Source: Candidatus Multivoradales bacterium (GTDB lineage Bacteria > Acidobacteriota > Thermoanaerobaculia > Multivoradales > Multivoraceae). From it: DNA of 64,000 bases. Where the stretch lies: contig CBDCWI010000001.1 in the NCBI GenBank assembly GCA_965223325.1, positions 1,472,001 through 1,536,000 on the forward strand, given 5' to 3'. The notes beneath the pieces are model-generated. The model searched no databases, was not told where the DNA came from, and saw only the letters and a list, made by a program, of their open reading frames with translations. Every line of letters starts with the position of its first letter. Within the stretch, counting starts at the first letter, position 1. Below are positions 58,922-64,000 of this stretch, one piece after another. A program made the position numbers and the translations under genes.

Positions 58922-60622
58922 CTAGTTCCCGGCCGCGGCCTGGGCGGGCAGCACCGGCAGCAGGAGAGCCGACGGGTGGTCTTTGTCGTGGAAGATCACG
59001 TTCCTCGCGACGCGGGGTGCGAGCGTTGATTCGCCGGGCGTTTCACCGGTATTGGGGTTCACCTCGAAACGGGGCGAGTTGCTCGACGTGATGTGGACCG
59101 CCAGCTTATGGCCCTTCTCGATGGTGATGCCGGTATGCCAGAGGTCGACTTCGAGCTTCGTTGGTTCGCCCGGCTCCATCGGTCGCACGTCCTGTGCTCG
59201 CCGCCCGTTGCGATAGCGCGCTCTGATCCCGCTATCGATCACCAACGCTTCGTAGCCATTCGGATAGACATCGACGACTTTGACCATGAAATCGGTATCG
59301 GTCCCGTCGGTCGCAGCCCACAGTTCCATGCCAAGCTCCCCTGCCAGGGTCAGGTCTTCCTCGAGCACCGCGGTTTCGAAGCGTAGATAGTCGGGGCGCT
59401 CGGGGATCGCACGTTGGTCCATCGGGCCGAGCGGCAGGGTGAGGTTGAGCCCGCCAACGGTGGGCACGGGCCGCGCGGGATCGAAGCTGTAATCGGTGCT
59501 GGCCTCGCGGGTGGTCGGCCTATTGAACGCGAGCTTCTTGTTTTCGTGCAGGTAGAGGCGAGTGATCGTCGACCCGTTCGGGGGCCAGGTCTCACTGGCG
59601 CGCCAGCCGTTCAAATCAGACGCCTTGCCCTCGAGCGCTGCGGCGCGGTGGTACCACCGCACCGGTGGTTCGTCCATGATGCCGTTGTCGATGCCCTTGA
59701 GCCAGTAGTCGAACCAACGCAGTTCAAGGGAGACATCTGGCCGCAGATCGCCAGGGTAGGCGAGCTCGCCGCGAAGCTGCCCATGACCGAACGGGCCGAC
59801 CCACAGCTTCTGGTTGCCGCGCGCACCGGGCTGCCCCCACTCCTGGAGGTAGCTGAAGTTGTTGATCGTGCCTTCGAGGAAAAGGTCGTACCAGCCGCCC
59901 ACGTTGTAGATCGGAATGTCGACTTCGTGACGCTGGAAGATGAAGTCCATCTCCTGCCAGCGCTCGTCGAGCACGACGCGCTTCTTGTAAGCCGCCACCG
60001 CTTCTTCGCTGACTCCCTGACCGCGCATCCAGTTGCCGGTGTCGGCTTCTTTGAAAAGCCCGCCGATGAAGCGGCCCTCGAAGAAGAGGCTCTCCGGTGC
60101 AACCACCACGTAGGCGGCTACCAGATGTGGTGGATCGGCTGCCGCCGCCATGTTGGCTGCGATCCCGAGGGCGCTGCCACCCGAGATCCCGACCCGGCCA
60201 TTCGACCAGGGCTCGCCTGCGATCCACTCCACCGTGTCGTACCCGTCGGCCAACTCGCTCTCATGCGGTGTGTACTCACCCTGCGAACGGAAACGACCGC
60301 GCTGATCCTGAATAACGAGGGCGTAGCCATTCGAGGTGTAGGGACCCTCGCCGCCGCCCGTGCCCTTGTCGTACGGCGTCCGCCGCAGGATGACGGGCCA
60401 GGGCCCTTCGCCCTCGGGCAGGTAGACGTCGGTTGCGAGCAGAATGCCGTCGCGCATCGGCACCATGACCTCGGTGCGCTCGCCGGCTCCAGGTGTCGCG
60501 TCGACCTTGTTGGCGTTGTTGGTACTGCCGCCGGTCGCGAAGCCAAAGCCGGGTATCGAGAGGGCTACGAAGAGGGCACTGCCCAGGATAGTGAGCCTTG
60601 ATCGGGTGTTTTTCGCCACCAT
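58922..60622 (-). CDS. Secreted CocE/NonD (peptidase S15) hydrolase
   Basis: PMRDG, RTPY, DQRGRFRS, GGSALG, GGWYD and GPFGH motifs. Confidence 0.92.
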   Translation of the reverse strand: MVAKNTRSRLTILGSALFVALSIPGFGFATGGSTNNANKVDATPGAGERTEVMVPMRDGILLATDVYLPEGEGPWPVILRRTPYDKGTGGGEGPYTSNGYALVIQDQRGRFRSQGEYTPHESELADGYDTVEWIAGEPWSNGRVGISGGSALGIAANMAAAADPPHLVAAYVVVAPESLFFEGRFIGGLFKEADTGNWMRGQGVSEEAVAAYKKRVVLDERWQEMDFIFQRHEVDIPIYNVGGWYDLFLEGTINNFSYLQEWGQPGARGNQKLWVGPFGHGQLRGELAYPGDLRPDVSLELRWFDYWLKGIDNGIMDEPPVRWYHRAAALEGKASDLNGWRASETWPPNGSTITRLYLHENKKLAFNRPTTREASTDYSFDPARPVPTVGGLNLTLPLGPMDQRAIPERPDYLRFETAVLEEDLTLAGELGMELWAATDGTDTDFMVKVVDVYPNGYEALVIDSGIRARYRNGRRAQDVRPMEPGEPTKLEVDLWHTGITIEKGHKLAVHITSSNSPRFEVNPNTGETPGESTLAPRVARNVIFHDKDHPSALLLPVLPAQAAAGN

Positions 60623-60714
60623 GGGTAGGGAGGCCCCTTTCGGCGTGGGGTTCTTGGAAGACGGCGGGGGTGTGGGAACGACGTTATCAACCCTCTGCGC
60701 GACCTACGCGGCCG

Positions 60715-60742
60715 GTGCTCGACGGCCTGTGCTCGACGGCCT
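60715..60742. repeat. GTGCTCGACGGCCT x2 tandem repeat
   Basis: Read directly; intergenic. Confidence 0.6.
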
Positions 60743-60923
60743 GTGTTCGGATCCGAGGACCACCCTGAAGCCAACGCCCGACCTCTCACCTCCAACGAAG
60801 AGCGACTCGAGATCTACGGCGTTCGTTCTGAGCCCCACTGGGCCGTACCTCGAAGAGATCAGGCCTGGCGCCGCTCTGCCTCGAGCTGCAGGCGGCGCCA
60901 GGTAACGACCTCTACTTGCTGCG

Positions 60924-63900
60924 CTACTTACTGCGCAGTGCCTCGGTGTCGAGGACCGGCTGAAAGGCACCGTTCGAGTAGTAGTTCTTCTCGCGGCCGG
61001 TGACTTTGTCCTGCACATTGATCAACACCTCGACGTCGGTGAGGCCGCCGGCGAAGACCCAGAAATGGCCGTTCAGTTTGCGCGCGTCGAGAACCTTGAC
61101 CAGCAACTCGACGTTGGTGTTCTTGAAGAACCAGAAGTAGCCGGTGTCTTTGGTGAGCTGCACCGGCTGACCAGCGCCCTCGTTGCCGTTCTTGTCGCGG
61201 AAGGCAACGCGGATACGGAAGCGGTCCTGGTTGAGGCACAGGCTACCCGGGGCGCAGGCGCCTTCTTCCTGTGACGCGAGGTTCTCGGTGTGAATGCTCA
61301 GCACTTCGGCCAGTGACCAGCGCTCTGGCAGCTCGCGAGCGATGTCGCCGGCCGTCGCCACGCTTCCGGCTTCGGTACTTCGCTTGATCGAGCAGGTGCG
61401 GAAGCCCTGGGTGTCCTGGACCGGTGCGAAGGCACTGCCCACCGGGTTCGCGTACTCACGCGCCACGCCGGTGGCGGTGTCTGTCACGCGCAGCGTCACG
61501 CCGACATCGGTGAGCCCAGCGGCAAACACCCAGTAGGAGCCGTTGAGGTTGCAGGCGTTGAGCACCTTGACTACCAGCTCGACGTTCGACTGGTCGAAGA
61601 AGTAGAAGTAGCCGGTGTCGGGCGTCAGCGGTACCTTGATGCCTCCGTCGGCCTCGTTGCGCTTGTTGGCCCAGAAGGCCTCGACCTTGAAGCGACCCTG
61701 GTTGAGGCACAGCGAGAACTCATCCTCGGTGACTTTGCAGCCCAGCGTTGGCGCCTTATAGGTACCGCGACGGTAGATCGCCGGCATGGTGGCGTCGGCC
61801 ATCCAGGAGCGGGGCTCACCGGTTGGCGTGATCTTGTCTCCCGCCAGCGGAACGCGCCACAGGCCGGCGCCGGTCGGGGTCTTGCCACCGTCGGGGGCTG
61901 AGAACACGACGGCCCGGTCGTCGCCGGTGTAGCTGGCGGCAGCCGGGGTACCCCGGAACGCCACCGGTACGTCGTAGGCGCCGCGGTAGAACTCGAGGGT
62001 GACCACGTTGGTCACGTCGTCGGCTACGTCGTAGAGCTCGAAGACGATGTGCTGGTCGTCGGTGTTGGCGACCGACGGGAAGCCCATTTCGATGCCCGGA
62101 GCCGGCGGCGCTACGGAAAACACGGTGCCGGTGACGAGGTCGAGGGCATAGATGCTCCAGCTCGACACCTCTTGCCCGCCGACGCGGTAGACATTGAGCG
62201 CGTCGTAGAACAGGAACCGATTGTTGCCCGAGAAGTCGAGCGCATCGGCGTAGGCAATGCTCGTCGCACCGCCGTGTGATGTTGCGCCCTCCAGGGTAAC
62301 GGTCTGTTCCTGGTCCGTGGCCAGGTTGATGAGGTGGATCTGGTTGGTTGGCCGGCCGCGACCATCGCGAAGGACGAAGGCGAACAGATGACCGGAGGGG
62401 GACATGGCAACCGAGTGCACCGCTCCCGGCACACCCAGGCAGGACTCTTCGGCGGTCCTGGTGTCGATGAAACAGGCGTCGTTGTTGGCCGCGACGAAGA
62501 ACGCCAGGCTACCGTTGCCGGTGACGTGGGGCTTCTGAAAGACCGAACCGCTTCGATCCAGAATGACGCCGAACTCGGGGTCTTTGAGTTTCGACTCCTT
62601 GCGGCCAAGCCGGACCCGACCAGCGTCGCGGTCGAAGAAGGTAAAGAGTGTCGCGTCGTTGCCAGCAACTGGCGGGACCTTTGGCGGTGGAGGTGGTGCC
62701 GGTTCGGTGCCGCGAATGCCTACCGCGTCGAAACCCGCCCGGACGCCGCGGTACTCGGCGCTGTTGGCGCCATGCATTTCCCGCGCCGAGTCGAGCACCG
62801 CGTCGCGCAGATCGCGGAACTGCGAGTGCGCTGTGAGATGACGGGTCTGGGCGCGATAGAAGATCTTGACGGCCTTGTCGAAGCCGATCGCCTTCGTGCC
62901 GCCCTCGGCAATGAGGTAGAAGGCGTGGTTGATGATGCCGCTGTTGGTGTGGACGCCGCCATGGTCGCGGGTCATCTTCCGGTAGTCGGAGTAGTGCGAT
63001 GGGTCACCATAGTCTTCTGGCCTTCTCATCGATCGAAGCGTGTGGACGTTGGCTCCCATCAGCCAGTCATTCGAGCCGGTCACGTAACGCTCGGCGGCCT
63101 CGCCGTGAATGTCCGCCAGGGCTTCGTCCATCGCGCCGGACTCGTTCTGGTACACCAGGCTGGCACTGTAGGCGTCGACCCCGTGCGCCATCTCATGTCC
63201 AGCTACGTCAAGTGCACCGGCGAGACTCATCGGCAGGCCGTTCGGCACTCCATAGACCATCACGTCACCGAGGCTTGGAACGAAGGCGGCGTTGTTGACA
63301 AAGTCACCCGCCACTCGAACGATGTTGAGCAACCGACGGCCACGGTTGTCGTAGGAGTCTCGCTTGTGCACCTGCCGGAAGTAGTCGTAGACAACTGACG
63401 AATTCTGCGCAGCGGACACTGCATCGGGAGGATTCCAACTGGAGGCCGACGACGAGGTGACGTAACGGAAGTTCCCATCTGCAGGACCACCTCGCGCATC
63501 GATAGTCGTGATGATGCCCGGCGTTTTCGGATCGAGCGGATTACCACCCTTGTACATCGGCTTCGACGTATCGATCAGGTAGTACGTGCCATTCGAACGC
63601 CAGCTGACCAGGTTCACCGTCCGACCATGCAGATCACGACCAGTCCCTGATGCCGCCTGGTGGTTCACCGTTTCGACGGAGCCGAGAACGACGCCATGCT
63701 GCGCGTCAACGAAAACCTGGGGGACTTCGAGAAGATCCCGCTCGACGAGCACCTTCCACGCCAACCTCGGTGAGGAAAACGACGAGCGCGAGTAGAAGAC
63801 GAGCTCGGCACCCAGCACCTTCGACGACGCATCGTCGCCCCGGGCAATCGCTTCGGCGTGCGCTCTGTCGACGCTGGCGATCGCACGTGTGCGACGTGGG

Positions 63901-63998
63901 GTTGGGAAATAGGCGCCATCGATGAGGTCGAGGTCGCCGTAAGCGTTGAAGTGGGCTGAAAGCTCGGCGCCCCAGACCGGAATCCCCATGAACTGCTG
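60924..63998 (-). CDS. M4 (thermolysin-like) metallopeptidase with a beta-propeller and two repeated C-terminal domains; 5' end outside window
   Basis: Propeptide QQFMGIPVWG; NNAAF, HEMAH, ESGAMDEALAD and GVHTNSGI motifs. Confidence 0.9.
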   Translation of the reverse strand, partial: QQFMGIPVWGAELSAHFNAYGDLDLIDGAYFPTPRRTRAIASVDRAHAEAIARGDDASSKVLGAELVFYSRSSFSSPRLAWKVLVERDLLEVPQVFVDAQHGVVLGSVETVNHQAASGTGRDLHGRTVNLVSWRSNGTYYLIDTSKPMYKGGNPLDPKTPGIITTIDARGGPADGNFRYVTSSSASSWNPPDAVSAAQNSSVVYDYFRQVHKRDSYDNRGRRLLNIVRVAGDFVNNAAFVPSLGDVMVYGVPNGLPMSLAGALDVAGHEMAHGVDAYSASLVYQNESGAMDEALADIHGEAAERYVTGSNDWLMGANVHTLRSMRRPEDYGDPSHYSDYRKMTRDHGGVHTNSGIINHAFYLIAEGGTKAIGFDKAVKIFYRAQTRHLTAHSQFRDLRDAVLDSAREMHGANSAEYRGVRAGFDAVGIRGTEPAPPPPPKVPPVAGNDATLFTFFDRDAGRVRLGRKESKLKDPEFGVILDRSGSVFQKPHVTGNGSLAFFVAANNDACFIDTRTAEESCLGVPGAVHSVAMSPSGHLFAFVLRDGRGRPTNQIHLINLATDQEQTVTLEGATSHGGATSIAYADALDFSGNNRFLFYDALNVYRVGGQEVSSWSIYALDLVTGTVFSVAPPAPGIEMGFPSVANTDDQHIVFELYDVADDVTNVVTLEFYRGAYDVPVAFRGTPAAASYTGDDRAVVFSAPDGGKTPTGAGLWRVPLAGDKITPTGEPRSWMADATMPAIYRRGTYKAPTLGCKVTEDEFSLCLNQGRFKVEAFWANKRNEADGGIKVPLTPDTGYFYFFDQSNVELVVKVLNACNLNGSYWVFAAGLTDVGVTLRVTDTATGVAREYANPVGSAFAPVQDTQGFRTCSIKRSTEAGSVATAGDIARELPERWSLAEVLSIHTENLASQEEGACAPGSLCLNQDRFRIRVAFRDKNGNEGAGQPVQLTKDTGYFWFFKNTNVELLVKVLDARKLNGHFWVFAGGLTDVEVLINVQDKVTGREKNYYSNGAFQPVLDTEALRSK

Positions 63999-64000
63999 CT

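Noticed and set aside
58922-60622. Inactive CocE hydrolase because of GGSALG instead of GxSYxG
   Set aside because: The catalytic Ser, Asp (GWYD) and His (GPFGH) all appear to be retained

Overview
High-GC bacterial DNA with about 45 genes. Shared secreted-protein C-terminal motifs point to Acidobacteriota (Thermoanaerobaculia-like); this is an inference. No rRNA, tRNA or CRISPR array was found. Main content: (i) a RibA-RibD(C) / PTPS / glycosyltransferase / methyltransferase / CDP-alcohol phosphatidyltransferase / sulfatase cluster; (ii) two selenoproteins that the ORF track splits at an in-frame TGA, a membrane-anchored AhpC/TSA-type UxxC protein (7369-8133) and a UGSC protein (56142-56726), each followed by a near-identical SECIS-like hairpin; (iii) an alpha-2-macroglobulin-PBP1C operon, plus an unannotated 44-aa membrane or lipo-peptide gene (6839-6973) that shares both the N-terminal membrane segment and a 19-bp upstream direct-repeat box with the macroglobulin gene; (iv) VapBC and AbiEi/AbiEii toxin-antitoxin modules, IS/MITE debris and several operator-like repeats (MarR, TetR, Arc-like, AbiEi); (v) glpFK, a thiolase with an HMGS-OB partner, peptidases and secreted proteins with shared C-terminal motifs. 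All calls come from reading motifs by eye; no database searches were run.
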